DNA of 64,000 nucleotides, from the NCBI RefSeq assembly GCF_902622435.1, contig NZ_CACNQB010000003.1. The stretch is one strand, 5' to 3'. Of the stretch, positions 48,855 to 62,090 are shown piece by piece. Numbering within the stretch: the stretch's first letter is position 1; each line of letters begins with the position of its first letter. The notes beneath the pieces were generated by a model. That model had not been told where the DNA came from, ran no database searches, and worked only from the letters and a program-made list of their open reading frames with translations. A program made the translations under genes and the position numbers. The stretch comes from an uncultured Prochlorococcus sp. GTDB taxonomy: Bacteria > Cyanobacteriota > Cyanobacteriia > PCC-6307 > Cyanobiaceae.

Positions 48855-49177
48855 TTTTGATATTTACCAAATTGATCATTATACAAATCATCTTCGACTT
48901 CTTTACCAATAACAATATTCAAATCTGACTTGGGGTATGCTACACACAAAAGTGCAAAGCCCTTTTCCCGTAAATCATCATTTAATCCCATGGCATCTTC
49001 CTGATCTACTGATCCTTCCAATATCATGGATGCACAATCTGTACAAACTCCTGAACAACAACTACTTGGTAAATCTATTCCGTTCATTTTTGCCGCTGAA
49101 ATAATATCTTGATCTTCAGAACATAAAAAACTAAAAGTCTTTTGCTCAAATTGAACTTTGATATTGTATTCAGGCAT
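48851..49177 (-). CDS. 2Fe-2S plant-type ferredoxin
   Basis: LPSSCCSGVCTDCA and ALLCVAYP. Confidence 0.95.
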   Translation of the reverse strand: MPEYNIKVQFEQKTFSFLCSEDQDIISAAKMNGIDLPSSCCSGVCTDCASMILEGSVDQEDAMGLNDDLREKGFALLCVAYPKSDLNIVIGKEVEDDLYNDQFGKYQK

Positions 49178-49193
49178 ATCCTAAATCTTATTG

Positions 49194-50144
49194 CTAAACT
49201 GCTGAACCTCCTACAACTTCTAATATTTCTTGTGTAATAGCTGCTTGTCTGGCTTTGTTATAGGTTAGATTCAAAGTACTTGCTAATTCTTTAGCATTAT
49301 CACTTGCATTATTCATAGCAGTCATCCTGCAAGCTAATTCAGAAGCTGCCGACTCTTGAAGAGCTCTTAGTACCTGATTCTGTAAATATAAAGGTAATAA
49401 GGAATCTAATAGTTGATCAGGACTTTGTTCAAAAACAATATCTGATGGCAACTTCTCTGAATCACTTTTTTCAATATTTGATTTTTCAACAAGTAACTTA
49501 CTATCTTTTGTAGTCAACCTAAAAATTTCATCGTTTTCCTCAGCGATTCCTTGAGGGTCAAGTGGCAATAGTGTTTGAACGACAGGGGCACAGCTAACTA
49601 AAGTGATGAATTTCGTATAAATAATTTCCACCCTATCAGAATTTTCTGAAAGAAATTCGGCTAAAATCTCATTTGTAACTCCTTCAGAATCCTTGACTGT
49701 GGGCACCTGTTCTAATTCTTTGAAAGTACTTTTAATTACATATCTATCCTTTCTATTTTGAAAATATCCAATAGCTTTCTTCCCTACCAAAATTAAATTT
49801 GGCTGGTACCCTTGTTTGACTAATTCTGCGTATCTTATTTCTACCTTTTTTATAATATTTGTATTGTAACCACCGCATAAACCTCTATCAGCAGTTATAC
49901 ATACCAAGGAGATACTCTTTACTTCTCTCTTAGATAATAGAGGAGAGTCGACAGCCTCAAATTGTACTCTAGATTGAATATTTTCTAAGACTCGCGCAAG
50001 TTTATCTGCAAAAGGTCTACTCTTAAGAACTTGATCTTGAGCTCTCCTAACTTTTGCAGCTGCAACAAGTCTCATGGCCTCCGTTATTTTTCTCGTATTT
50101 TTAACGGAAACGATTCGATCTCTAATCTCTTTAAGATTTGCCAT
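49194..50144 (-). CDS. atpG: ATP synthase F1 gamma subunit
   Basis: [26 protein letters not shown] and [11 protein letters not shown]. Confidence 0.99.
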   Translation of the reverse strand: MANLKEIRDRIVSVKNTRKITEAMRLVAAAKVRRAQDQVLKSRPFADKLARVLENIQSRVQFEAVDSPLLSKREVKSISLVCITADRGLCGGYNTNIIKKVEIRYAELVKQGYQPNLILVGKKAIGYFQNRKDRYVIKSTFKELEQVPTVKDSEGVTNEILAEFLSENSDRVEIIYTKFITLVSCAPVVQTLLPLDPQGIAEENDEIFRLTTKDSKLLVEKSNIEKSDSEKLPSDIVFEQSPDQLLDSLLPLYLQNQVLRALQESAASELACRMTAMNNASDNAKELASTLNLTYNKARQAAITQEILEVVGGSAV

Positions 50145-50162
50145 TGTATCTCCTTAATAAAT

Positions 50163-51692
<1,530 letters not shown>

Positions 51693-51710
51693 TTAAGGTT
51701 GATTTAAAAA

Positions 51711-52253
51711 TTACTTGGAAAGGGATAAGCCAAGTTTTCTTATTTGTGAAGCAAGAGAAGCATCAATTACTTTTGATCCTACACTGGCGACGAAACCACC
51801 AATAAGAGATGGATCGATTTTAGTTACAAGTTCTAATTTTTCAGTTCCAGCAATATTGATGATCTTTTTGGTAATTAAACCTTTCTGTTCATCAGTAAGC
51901 TCGACTGCAGAAGTAACAGTTGCCAAAGCAATATTACTATTTTCTCGGTAAATCTCTAAAAACCTATCAAGAATTGAAGTAAGGATTCCAATTCTTTGCC
52001 TATCGGCCAATAATTTTAAGAAATTCAATAAAGAAGAATTAACCTTTTTTGAAAAAATTTCATTAATGATTTTCTTCTTAGCATCTGTCTCTAAAATGGG
52101 AGAGGATAGTGCCTTCTCCAGTTCAGGGGAATCATTTATTAATTCCAAGAGTTGTTTAACTTCAGAAACCATCTCTTCAGTTTGCGAATTTTCATTCACA
52201 ACTTGAAGTAATGCCTCTGCGTATGGTGTAGTAACTGAATTTAAAAGTGGCAT
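51711..52253 (-). CDS. atpH: ATP synthase delta subunit
   Basis: PYAEAL, IDPSLIGG and DASL; operon position. Confidence 0.97.
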   Translation of the reverse strand: MPLLNSVTTPYAEALLQVVNENSQTEEMVSEVKQLLELINDSPELEKALSSPILETDAKKKIINEIFSKKVNSSLLNFLKLLADRQRIGILTSILDRFLEIYRENSNIALATVTSAVELTDEQKGLITKKIINIAGTEKLELVTKIDPSLIGGFVASVGSKVIDASLASQIRKLGLSLSK

Positions 52254-52765
52254 TAGTTCACCTCAATATTGTTAATTGATTGAGTTACCAAATTTTCTTG
52301 AGTTGTTTTATCAAGTCTATTTGGAAGAGAATCTAAAGCTTTCTTAATTGCCATTTCTACAGCTTCTTTTCGAAGTTGAGAAATTGCTCTGGATGCTTCA
52401 GAGCTCTCATCAGAGATTGCACTTTGTTTAATTCGTGCCATCTCCTCTATCGCTTTTTTCTCACTTTCCATTCTGATTGATTCAGATCTTTTAAGGGAAT
52501 CTGCTTTTATTTGAGAAGCTTTTTCTTCTGCTGAAGATAAATCTTTTTTCGCCTTTTCTAAAGCTTGAGTTGCATTTAGAAGTCGATCTTCAGCATCTTT
52601 TAATTCAAGAAGGATTCCTTCTCTCCTTTTTTGAAGCATTTTACCTAGGAAACCAGGCAAAAATTTATAAAGACCGAAAACTACTACAGCCCAATTAAGG
52701 ATATTGGTTTCGAATAAATTGAAGTTCAATCCAAAACCTTCTGTAGCTAAAAGAGTTAAATTCAT
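52253..52765 (-). CDS. atpF: ATP synthase F0 subunit b
   Basis: [13 protein letters not shown] plus coiled coil. Confidence 0.96.
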   Translation of the reverse strand: MNLTLLATEGFGLNFNLFETNILNWAVVVFGLYKFLPGFLGKMLQKRREGILLELKDAEDRLLNATQALEKAKKDLSSAEEKASQIKADSLKRSESIRMESEKKAIEEMARIKQSAISDESSEASRAISQLRKEAVEMAIKKALDSLPNRLDKTTQENLVTQSINNIEVN

Positions 52766-53223
52766 TTTTCTAGAATCAATCTATTAACAATAAGTTCGCT
52801 TAGATCATCAGCCTGTTTAGAAAGTTGATCACGAGCAGCAGACGTCTGACTTTCAATTTCTAGTCTTGCTTTTTCTTTTGAAGCATTTGCTTCATTGTTG
52901 GCAAGTTCTAGTGCTTCTTTATAAAGCTTGTCAGACTCATTCTCAGCTTCGCTCACAATTCTTTGGGCTTCTGAACGAGCACTTTGAAGCTGAGTTAATA
53001 AATCAGCTTCTAATTTTTTAACCTCAGAAAGTTTATTTTTGGCCTCAATAATATTATTACTTACAAACTTTTCTCTTTTTTCTACAACATTGCCAACAGG
53101 CTTAAAAAAGAGAGAATTTAATATGTAAGTAAGCGCAACTACTTGTATCGCCATAAGTGGCAAAGTGGCATTTATATCAAATAATCCACCTTCTGTAGCA
53201 CCAAAAAAATTAAAGGCCAACAT
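52762..53223 (-). CDS. atpF2: ATP synthase F0 subunit b'
   Basis: [20 protein letters not shown]. Confidence 0.95.
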   Translation of the reverse strand: MLAFNFFGATEGGLFDINATLPLMAIQVVALTYILNSLFFKPVGNVVEKREKFVSNNIIEAKNKLSEVKKLEADLLTQLQSARSEAQRIVSEAENESDKLYKEALELANNEANASKEKARLEIESQTSAARDQLSKQADDLSELIVNRLILEK

Positions 53224-53291
53224 ATGATTCAGTTGAAGTTAAAAAATTAAATTTAAATATTGCTAATAAGGATTAGAAGCAATATTAACTT

Positions 53292-53555
<264 letters not shown>

Positions 53556-53582
53556 TTAATACTTGTGATAATCTTTGTTGTC

Positions 53583-53645
53583 ATTCACGCTTGGACATCC
53601 TTTCTTTTAAGAATGGGTCTGATATATTCAGACCTACGCGATTAG
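53583..53645 (-). ncRNA. ATPC-type cis-regulatory RNA between subunit a and c genes
   Basis: Perfect GGTCTGA/TCAGACC stem plus CATTC/GGATG and CGC/GCG stems; this position is where the ATPC RNA motif is described in Prochlorococcus. Confidence 0.75.
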
Positions 53646-53701
53646 ATATTTTGCCAGATTACAGACTCTTTGTAAAAGCGTCTGAATGTATTAGAAGACG
53701 G

Positions 53702-54427
53702 CTAATGATGTTCTTCAACAGCTTCTCCAATGTAGTAGGCGGCTAAAGTTGCGAAAATCAATGCCTGAATTGCACTAGTAAATAATCCTAGGAACATAAC
53801 AGGTATTGGAAGAATTAGCGGAACTAAAAAGACCAGAACACCAACTACAAGTTCATCAGCCAAAATGTTTCCAAATAGCCTGAAAGAAAGTGATAAAGGT
53901 TTCGTAAAGTCCTCTAGAATTTTGAAAGGAAGCATAATAGGAGTTGGGTGAACGTAATATTCGAAGTATCTCCAACCCTTATTGCTTAAACCTGCGTAGA
54001 AATAAGAAAGTGAAACCAACAAAGCCAAGGCTATAGTTGTATTGATATCTGCAGTAGGTGCTCCTAATTCTCCACTTGGTAACTTAATCAATCTCCAAGG
54101 AATTAAAGCTCCCCCCCAATTACTAATAAAGACGAATAAAAATAAAGTACCTATAAATGGCATCCAATCTCTATATACTTTTTCACCTATTTGCGTCCTA
54201 GCAAGATCTCTTATGTAATCCCAGAGGAACTCAAGCAAATTTTGAAGGCCTTTAGGATCATTTTCCATTTTTTTAGTTCCTAAAGAAATAAAAACTAATA
54301 ACGCTCCTAATAAAATCCAAGATGTTAAAAATACCTGCCCATGAAGTCTGATATTTCCAATTTGCCAATAAAGATGTTGACCAACTTCTAATGCTGCAAA
54401 ATTTGTTAGCAAGGAATTAAAAAACAT
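53702..54427 (-). CDS. atpB: ATP synthase F0 subunit a
   Basis: APTADINTT and [14 protein letters not shown]. Confidence 0.98.
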   Translation of the reverse strand: MFFNSLLTNFAALEVGQHLYWQIGNIRLHGQVFLTSWILLGALLVFISLGTKKMENDPKGLQNLLEFLWDYIRDLARTQIGEKVYRDWMPFIGTLFLFVFISNWGGALIPWRLIKLPSGELGAPTADINTTIALALLVSLSYFYAGLSNKGWRYFEYYVHPTPIMLPFKILEDFTKPLSLSFRLFGNILADELVVGVLVFLVPLILPIPVMFLGLFTSAIQALIFATLAAYYIGEAVEEHH

Positions 54428-54449
54428 TTGTTTTGAATAAAAAATTTAC

Positions 54450-54926
54450 TTAAGAACGTGAAAAATAGAGAATGAGTGAAGGCTTATAAATGAAAAAACC
54501 TATCATCGCAGGAAGAATATCCAAATATCCTAGCTTGCTCGCAAAAATAAAGAGGCAAACTGGAACTAATAGTTGCAATTTTGATACACCTGATGATTCT
54601 TTACCAAGTTTCCCTATACTTTTGGCAAGCAAACGTAGATAAAAAATGCCGGCAATTGCACCTATAAAAATACTAAAACCAAAAGTAAAGCCTAGAAAAA
54701 TTCCAGTTATTGATGCTAATAAAATAGAAACAATAAAAGTAATTCCAAAAATTGTTAATTGCAATTTTGTGTATTCATCATTTTGGGAAAGCAAATGATC
54801 TATTTGATTGGCAATGCCAGATTTACTTTCTTTGATGATCGAATTATTCAAGGATTGAGGAAATTGAACATTCTTATTAGAAGGATGCTCAAGTTTTTTT
54901 CTATTTGAGTCCACTGATGTGAACAT
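54450..54926 (-). CDS. atpI: ATP synthase protein I (Atp1)
   Basis: First gene of the operon; GAIAGIFYLRLLAKSI. Confidence 0.88.
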   Translation of the reverse strand: MFTSVDSNRKKLEHPSNKNVQFPQSLNNSIIKESKSGIANQIDHLLSQNDEYTKLQLTIFGITFIVSILLASITGIFLGFTFGFSIFIGAIAGIFYLRLLAKSIGKLGKESSGVSKLQLLVPVCLFIFASKLGYLDILPAMIGFFIYKPSLILYFSRS

Positions 54927-55192
54927 AGTTTAGAAACCCCTCTGAATGGTTTGAAATAAGTATATAAACTCACGGAATCTATCATGGAGAGGTGCCTTTT
55001 AGCTAGTTTTTTTTTATAAAAAATTAATTCTTAAGATTTATGATGAATCTGTAGTCCATTTTTTACTTGATTCATCAAAAATAAAATTTATGAAAAGTCA
55101 TCTTTTTAATTTCTTTAACACTTTAAAACTTTAATAAAAGACTTGGCAAAATCTCAATTAAACGTCTCAATAGTACATATACATCAAAAAAA

Positions 55193-56419
55193 TTGGAGAT
55201 AAGTCAAGAACAAATAAAATATAAAAGAATTTCTAAAAGAAAAAAAGCCTTTAATCTTAATTACAAAAAAGATTTAACAGAGTCTATATTTCCCTTAGCT
55301 TGGACGATATGGCCTTATGAGGCAAAAATCCTAATTATCCTTATTGGAATTTGGTCAATATTAGGAATATCCATACTTGGATCATCAAGTTGGTGGGTAG
55401 CAAGTAGGGAAATGGGAAATTGGGCTTATTTCTTAAAAAAACAAATTATCTGGACAATTCCAGGCATTGCTCTTTTTTATTTCGTTCTTAATACGGATAT
55501 TAGAAGTCTTTTAAAGTGTTCAAGAATCATTTTTTATATTTTATTTTTTTTAATTTTTCTAACCAACATTACTGGAATTACAGTGAATGGCTCTTCAAGA
55601 TGGCTAGCAATAGGGTTTTTACGTCTTCAACCATCTGAATTGATAAAACCTTTTCTAATTCTTGAAGCTTCTAACCTTTTTTCTCATTGGAATTTGATAA
55701 GGAATGATAAAAAATTAATTTCAATATTCTCTTTTTGTTTATTAATTTTATTAATACTTAAACAACCTAATTTAAGCACTGCATCATTAACTGGAATTCT
55801 TTTTTGGGTAATGGGTTTTTGTGGAGGCGTAAAATTTAGCTCTCTTTGCTCATTTGCTTCATTAGGATTCATAACAGGATGCATTAGTATCCTCAACAAC
55901 GAATATCAAAAACTTCGAGTTACTTCATTTATTAATCCTTGGAAAGATCAACAGGAAAGTGGATTTCAATTAGTTCAGAGTTTATTAGCTATAGGTTCAG
56001 GTGGTTTATTTGGTCAAGGTTTTGGGCTGTCTATGCAAAAATTACAGTATCTACCGTTCATGTATACAGATTTTATTTTTGCCATTTTTGCAGAAGAATT
56101 TGGTTTGTTGGGTTGTACTTTATTCTTAGGATTTTTAGCAGTTTTCTCTTTAATATGCTTAAGAATTAGTCTTAAGTGCAGGAACAACTATACAAAATTA
56201 GTTGCTATCGGATGTGGAGTATTGTTAACAGGTCAGTCGATAATGCATATTGCTGTAGCAACAGGATCCATGCCTACTACAGGCTTACCACTTCCTTTCA
56301 TTAGTTATGGTGGAAATTCTTTAATAGCATCTTTTTTTATTGCAGGAATGTTACTGAGATGTTCATTAGAATCAACAGGATTCATAGGTATGATTAATAC
56401 ACGAAAGACTCTTGATTAG
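55193..56419 (+). CDS. ftsW: FtsW/RodA/SpoVE family protein
   Basis: VNGSSRW, LQPSELIK, QPNLST and LPFISYGG. Confidence 0.93.
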   Translation: MEISQEQIKYKRISKRKKAFNLNYKKDLTESIFPLAWTIWPYEAKILIILIGIWSILGISILGSSSWWVASREMGNWAYFLKKQIIWTIPGIALFYFVLNTDIRSLLKCSRIIFYILFFLIFLTNITGITVNGSSRWLAIGFLRLQPSELIKPFLILEASNLFSHWNLIRNDKKLISIFSFCLLILLILKQPNLSTASLTGILFWVMGFCGGVKFSSLCSFASLGFITGCISILNNEYQKLRVTSFINPWKDQQESGFQLVQSLLAIGSGGLFGQGFGLSMQKLQYLPFMYTDFIFAIFAEEFGLLGCTLFLGFLAVFSLICLRISLKCRNNYTKLVAIGCGVLLTGQSIMHIAVATGSMPTTGLPLPFISYGGNSLIASFFIAGMLLRCSLESTGFIGMINTRKTLD

Positions 56420-56502
56420 TTAGAATTTGAATTGAGTTAACGCATGCTATCGAATCATTTAATTTAGTTATTTCAGAATTATCTCAAAAGAGCAATCTGC
56501 TT

Positions 56503-57159
56503 ATGCAGAATGGTCTTAATAATCCTGGCCCATTTACTATATTTTTGGTTTTCAGCGCAGGACTTTTAACGAGTCTTGGTCCATGTTCATTATCATTACT
56601 ACCAATCACAATTGCTTATATAGGAGGAACAGAGAAAAATAAATTTAAACTTATTAGTTTTTCAGGAGGAGTCGTTTTTGCACTCGTTGCGCTTGGTGCT
56701 GCTAGTGGATTCTTAGGTAGAATATATGGGCAAATCCCATCTTATTACACTTCGGTCGTTGCCTTGATAGCAATAATAATGGGTTTAAATTTACTAGGAG
56801 TTTTAAAGTTTCAGTTCCCGAATGGACCTGATATAAAAATAATTGAAGATAAAATACCAACGTTTATAGCCCCTTTCGCGATAGGGACTACTTTTGGATT
56901 AGCTTCTTCACCTTGCATTACTCCAGTTTTAGCAACTCTTCTAGCTTGGGTATCGCAAGCCAAAAACCCAACAATATCAATTACTTTTTTATTTTTCTTT
57001 GGGATAGGCCAAGTAACACCGCTAATCATTGCAGGAGCTACTGCAGAAAACTTAAAACAATTTTTAGAGCTTAGAAAATTTAGTCAAATAATTCCCACTT
57101 TAAGTGGGATATTTTTAGTTTCCTTAGGGTTATTAAACTTATTTTCAAATTGGATTTAA
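56503..57159 (+). CDS. ccdA: Cytochrome c biogenesis protein CcdA
   Basis: SLGPCSLSLLP and SSPCITPVL conserved Cys motifs. Confidence 0.93.
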   Translation: MQNGLNNPGPFTIFLVFSAGLLTSLGPCSLSLLPITIAYIGGTEKNKFKLISFSGGVVFALVALGAASGFLGRIYGQIPSYYTSVVALIAIIMGLNLLGVLKFQFPNGPDIKIIEDKIPTFIAPFAIGTTFGLASSPCITPVLATLLAWVSQAKNPTISITFLFFFGIGQVTPLIIAGATAENLKQFLELRKFSQIIPTLSGIFLVSLGLLNLFSNWI

Positions 57160-58446
57160 ATGATTATTTTTAAGAATCTAATTTTAAAAATATCAAGTTT
57201 AAGATTCGCCATATCACTTATAATCTTCATAGCTATTACAAGCGGCATAGGTACTTTTATACCTCAAGGTAGTAGTAGTAAATTTTATATTGATAATTTC
57301 GATAGTGCTCCCATTTTTGGATTTTTAGATGGAGAAAAAGTCTTAAAACTCCAATTAGATCATGTTTATACAAGCTTTTGGTTTTTATTCACATTAATTC
57401 TTCTTTGCATTTCTCTGGCAGCTTGTAGTTTCAGGAGGCAAATCCCTTCATTAAAAGCTTCATTAAAATGGATTGAATACAACAGCGAAAAAAAATTTAA
57501 CAGACTGCAACTAACTACAAGTCATCCAATCAATCAAGATGGAGAACATATATCAAAAGTAGATTTATTACTTAAAAAAAAAGGATGGAAAACATACAAA
57601 TTTAATAGTCATATTTCTGCAAGAAAGGGTTTAATTGGAAAAATCGGTCCTTTAGTTGTACACATCGGATTAATAGTCTTACTTATAGGTTCAGCATATG
57701 GAAGTTTTACAAATCAATCAAAAGAACAATATTTACTGCTTGGAGAAACTTTAGATCTTGTTAATGAGAGCACAAACTCAAAAGCCAACGTGAAATTACT
57801 CGATTTTTCTATAGAACGTGAAAGTGATGGTATACCCAAACAGTTTATTTCAAAATTAAATTTTTCTTCTGAAGATACAAATTTAAATGAAATAAAAACA
57901 ACTAAAGTTAATCACCCAATCAGGTTTAAAGGATTAACTATTTATCAAGCAGATTGGGCAATATCAAATGTTGTTTTAGAAATAGATAATATCCTTTATC
58001 AATTGCAATTAAAGGAGATTCCAGAAATAGGTAATCAAGTTTGGGGAGTTTTAATTGAATTAGGATCGGAGACTAAAAAAAATTTCCTTTTAACAATAGA
58101 TAATGAAAATGGTCCACTCAAAATTTCGAATATAGAAAATTTTTCCGGGAATAATCTCTATATCAATGACGATCCTTTAGAAGTTAACTCTTCAAAAGTA
58201 TCTCTGAAACAAATAATCCCTAGCAGTGGATTAATAATTAAAAATGATCCGTCTATACCATTTATTTACTTTTCTTTTATCTTAATAATTTTTGGAACAA
58301 TAATAAGTCTTATACCAACTAATCAATTATGGATTCTGGTAAATAAAGAATCATTAAAGTTAACTATTGGAGGCCTTAGTAATAAAAATCTAGTTGGTTT
58401 TAAAAAAGAATTTTTTAAATTATCAGACGAAATAAAAAATTTTTAA
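57160..58446 (+). CDS. ccsB: Cytochrome c biogenesis protein Ccs1/CcsB
   Basis: [23 protein letters not shown] and [15 protein letters not shown]. Confidence 0.93.
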   Translation: MIIFKNLILKISSLRFAISLIIFIAITSGIGTFIPQGSSSKFYIDNFDSAPIFGFLDGEKVLKLQLDHVYTSFWFLFTLILLCISLAACSFRRQIPSLKASLKWIEYNSEKKFNRLQLTTSHPINQDGEHISKVDLLLKKKGWKTYKFNSHISARKGLIGKIGPLVVHIGLIVLLIGSAYGSFTNQSKEQYLLLGETLDLVNESTNSKANVKLLDFSIERESDGIPKQFISKLNFSSEDTNLNEIKTTKVNHPIRFKGLTIYQADWAISNVVLEIDNILYQLQLKEIPEIGNQVWGVLIELGSETKKNFLLTIDNENGPLKISNIENFSGNNLYINDDPLEVNSSKVSLKQIIPSSGLIIKNDPSIPFIYFSFILIIFGTIISLIPTNQLWILVNKESLKLTIGGLSNKNLVGFKKEFFKLSDEIKNF

Positions 58447-58853
58447 TTTCTTTTCTGCCCACTAAAAATATCTAATTGCATAGAAACATTCCCTCTGGGG
58501 TTAAATGCAGCATTTAAATGTATCCAGTGAGGTGAGCCTTCATTCACTAAATCATCCATAATTCTATTCACAACTTCCTCATGTGATATTTTTATATCCC
58601 TAAAATTATTTATATAAAGCTTTAAAGACTTCAACTCATAGACTTTCAAATTAGGTTGATAAATAATATTTAGCTTTGCAAAATCTGGATAACCCGAAAA
58701 GGGGCACTTACATGTAAATTCAGGTAACTGAATAGAAATTTCATAAATTCTTTTCTTATTTGGATTATCGAAACAAATTATTTTTGATTCTTCAATAATT
58801 CTCTCACCATATAGCGGTCTTTGAGTCGAATCTTCTAATTTAGCTGTACTCAT
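58443..58853 (-). CDS. queF: preQ0 reductase
   Basis: [16 protein letters not shown] and [10 protein letters not shown]...ISHEE. Confidence 0.96.
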   Translation of the reverse strand: MSTAKLEDSTQRPLYGERIIEESKIICFDNPNKKRIYEISIQLPEFTCKCPFSGYPDFAKLNIIYQPNLKVYELKSLKLYINNFRDIKISHEEVVNRIMDDLVNEGSPHWIHLNAAFNPRGNVSMQLDIFSGQKRN

Positions 58854-58976
58854 TTTTAGTAGAACTTTTTTACTAAACCTATTTAAAAACTATATATAAA
58901 GATAAAAATTCGCAAAAGTATCAACAAATCTAAGTATTACAATTGACTAAGCCAAAAGCTGTTAAATCTTATTTTT

Positions 58977-58990
58977 GTATCAATAATAAC
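58977..58990 (+). promoter_or_regulatory. NtcA-like site upstream of the hypothetical-glnB unit
   Basis: TGTATCAATAATAACA: GTA-N8-AAC with one mismatch, flanked TGT-N10-ACA. Confidence 0.45.
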
Positions 58991-59042
58991 ATTCATAATG
59001 TCCACCGAAAGGGTTATATGTGTTTAGTTCAATAAAAAATTA

Positions 59043-59288
59043 ATGGACATTTGTTTGATAACTATCGATAAAAATTTAAATAAATCTCTTCAACCAAAAA
59101 CTGCAATTGGAATGTTATGGCTTCAAACACACTTTGAGAATGATCAGTGGGAAGCGTTGTCAAATAGTACAGTAATAATTTCCGAAGAAAACTCCCTATT
59201 ATTAATTGAAGACGCCAAGAATGCAGGCCTTAATGTTGAATGTTTTTCTGATATTTCAATGTTGGATGTTTTCCCAAAAAACGATTAA
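59043..59288 (+). CDS. 81-aa conserved-looking protein upstream of glnB
   Basis: LQPKTAIGMLWLQTHFENDQW..DAKNAGL. Confidence 0.8.
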   Translation: MDICLITIDKNLNKSLQPKTAIGMLWLQTHFENDQWEALSNSTVIISEENSLLLIEDAKNAGLNVECFSDISMLDVFPKND

Positions 59289-59651
<363 letters not shown>

Positions 59652-59652
59652 T

Positions 59653-60465
59653 TCAAAGAGTTTCTTTTACTAAATTTTGTATATATTCACTATTAATCCT
59701 CTTATTTGATTGACTTCCTAAGGTCATCCAAGCTAGATATTCATGATTTCCAGCAGGACCTACCAGCGGTGAAGCTATCAAATTCTTTATGTTCCATTGG
59801 AAATTCTTAGCAGCATAAACAACAGACTCTATAGCCTCAGTATGGAATTTAGGATTGCGAACAACACCACCTTTACTGACTTTATCTTTACCTACCTCAA
59901 ATTGGGGTTTAATTAAAAATATTCCCTCAATACAATCACCTTCTAATAAATTACCAATAGATTTAAAAACTAACTTTAATGAAATAAAAGACAAATCAGC
60001 AACAACAAAATTTGGTAATTCATTACTTCTAGATAAAAGATCATTAGGTTTTAAATTTCGAATATTAGTTCGTTCAAAAAGTATAACTTTTGGGTTATTT
60101 CTAATCTTCCATGCAGTTTGTCCATAACCAACATCTATCCCATAAACTAACTTAGCTCCTTGTTGCAATAAGCAATCAGTAAATCCCCCAGTTGAGATTC
60201 CTGCGTCAATACATATTTTGTCTTTTACTTTAATTTCAAGTTTTTTAAATGCCTCCAATAATTTTTCGCCGCCCCTTGATACAAACATAGGCTCAGAATC
60301 AATAAAAAATTCAGATCCTATTAATACTTGTTGTCCAGGTTTATCCAATACTTTTCCATTGATATCTCTAACCTTGCCCGCAAGAATTAAACCTTGGGCT
60401 TTTTGACGAGTTTCACATAAACCTTTATTTAGAAGATAAAGGTCTAATCTACTTTTTTTAATCAT
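59653..60465 (-). CDS. tlyA: TlyA family rRNA methyltransferase
   Basis: S4 domain, FVSRGGEKL, DAGISTGGFTD and DLSFISL. Confidence 0.95.
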   Translation of the reverse strand: MIKKSRLDLYLLNKGLCETRQKAQGLILAGKVRDINGKVLDKPGQQVLIGSEFFIDSEPMFVSRGGEKLLEAFKKLEIKVKDKICIDAGISTGGFTDCLLQQGAKLVYGIDVGYGQTAWKIRNNPKVILFERTNIRNLKPNDLLSRSNELPNFVVADLSFISLKLVFKSIGNLLEGDCIEGIFLIKPQFEVGKDKVSKGGVVRNPKFHTEAIESVVYAAKNFQWNIKNLIASPLVGPAGNHEYLAWMTLGSQSNKRINSEYIQNLVKETL

Positions 60466-60746
60466 CTATTAACCAATAAAAAAAGGCTGAATAATGAACT
60501 TCTATAAGATTAAGATCCAAATTCTTTAATACCTTTTAATTTTAAATAAAAACTAAAAAATTACCCATCATTAACGAAGGCATTTATGCAAACATTTTTA
60601 TATTTAATCTTTCTTTATTAGCCAGAAAAATGTTACATAAGAAAATAATAATCATGCAAATATGTTCAATGGCAAGTACATCTTTAAAGGTATAGGGCAA
60701 TAATTCGATTTTGTTATACAGTTTAAATTGATAATAAATAAAAATT

Positions 60747-62042
60747 GTGATCGAGCGTTACACATTACCCGAAATGGGGAAAATCTGGACTGATAGCGCA
60801 AAATTCCAGACTTGGCTTAAGGTTGAAATAGCTGCATGTGAAGCAAATTTTTCCTTGGGAAAAATTCCTGAAAATGCCATGAAAGAGATACGTTCAAATG
60901 CAAAGTTTGATGAATCTAGAATTACAGAAATCGAGAAAGAAGTTAAACATGATGTCATAGCATTTCTTACGAGCGTTAATGAATTTGTAGGAGATTCTGG
61001 AAGATACATACATGTTGGTATGACCAGCAGTGACGTACTTGATACTGGCTTATCTCTTCAGTTAAAAGACTCTTGCGAATTGTTATTAGAAGAAATTGAG
61101 AAATTAGAAAATGAAGTCAGATTATTAGCAAGGAAGCATAAAAATACATTAATGATTGGCAGATCTCATGCCATTCATGGGGAGCCAATTTCCTTCGGTT
61201 TTAAACTTGCTGGATGGTTAGCAGAAATAATAAGGAACAAAAAAAGATTGTTAACGTTGAGAGAATCTGTAGCAATTGGACAAATCAGTGGTGCAATGGG
61301 AACTTACGCTAATACGAATCCCAAAGTAGAACAAATAACTTGTGATTTACTCGGCTTAAAACCTGATACAGCGAGTACTCAAGTTATATCGAGAGACAGA
61401 CATGCAGAATATGTGCAAACTATAGCCCTAGTTGGCGCTTCTTTAGATAGATTTGCAACTGAAATAAGAAATTTACAAAGAACTGATGTTTTAGAAGTTG
61501 AGGAGGGATTTACAACAGGGCAAAAAGGAAGTTCTGCCATGCCTCATAAAAGAAATCCTATTCGAAGTGAAAGAGTAAGCGGTTTAGCAAGAATTTTGAG
61601 GAGTTACGTCCTAACAGCACTGGAAAATGTTCCACTTTGGCACGAAAGAGATATAAGCCATAGTTCAAATGAACGTATTATGTTACCTGACGTATCAATC
61701 TGTTTGCATTTTATGCTCAGGGAAATGAAAGATATAGTAAGCAATTTGGAAGTTTATCCAAAAAATATGCTCAAAAATTTAAATATATATGGTGGTGTAA
61801 TTTTTAGTCAGAAAGTTTTACTTTTGCTTGTAGAGAAAGGCTTTTCTAGAGAAAAAGCTTATAGATTAGTTCAAAAAAATGCTCATCAAGCTTGGAATAC
61901 TCAGAATGGGAATTTCAAACAAAATATAGAGAGAGATAATGAAATAATGGATCTTATTGATCCAAGTGACTTAGAAGAATGTTTTAATCCTTCAATTCAT
62001 CTCAATAATTTAAGTGTAATATGGGAGAAGTTAGGTATCTAG
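60747..62042 (+). CDS. purB: Adenylosuccinate lyase
   Basis: HVGMTSSD, GSSAMPHKRNP and LWHERDISHSS. Confidence 0.98.
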   Translation: MIERYTLPEMGKIWTDSAKFQTWLKVEIAACEANFSLGKIPENAMKEIRSNAKFDESRITEIEKEVKHDVIAFLTSVNEFVGDSGRYIHVGMTSSDVLDTGLSLQLKDSCELLLEEIEKLENEVRLLARKHKNTLMIGRSHAIHGEPISFGFKLAGWLAEIIRNKKRLLTLRESVAIGQISGAMGTYANTNPKVEQITCDLLGLKPDTASTQVISRDRHAEYVQTIALVGASLDRFATEIRNLQRTDVLEVEEGFTTGQKGSSAMPHKRNPIRSERVSGLARILRSYVLTALENVPLWHERDISHSSNERIMLPDVSICLHFMLREMKDIVSNLEVYPKNMLKNLNIYGGVIFSQKVLLLLVEKGFSREKAYRLVQKNAHQAWNTQNGNFKQNIERDNEIMDLIDPSDLEECFNPSIHLNNLSVIWEKLGI

Positions 62043-62090
62043 GATTACTGAAAACCTTATCTAAGTTAAACCAGTGTTTTCAGAGGAATA

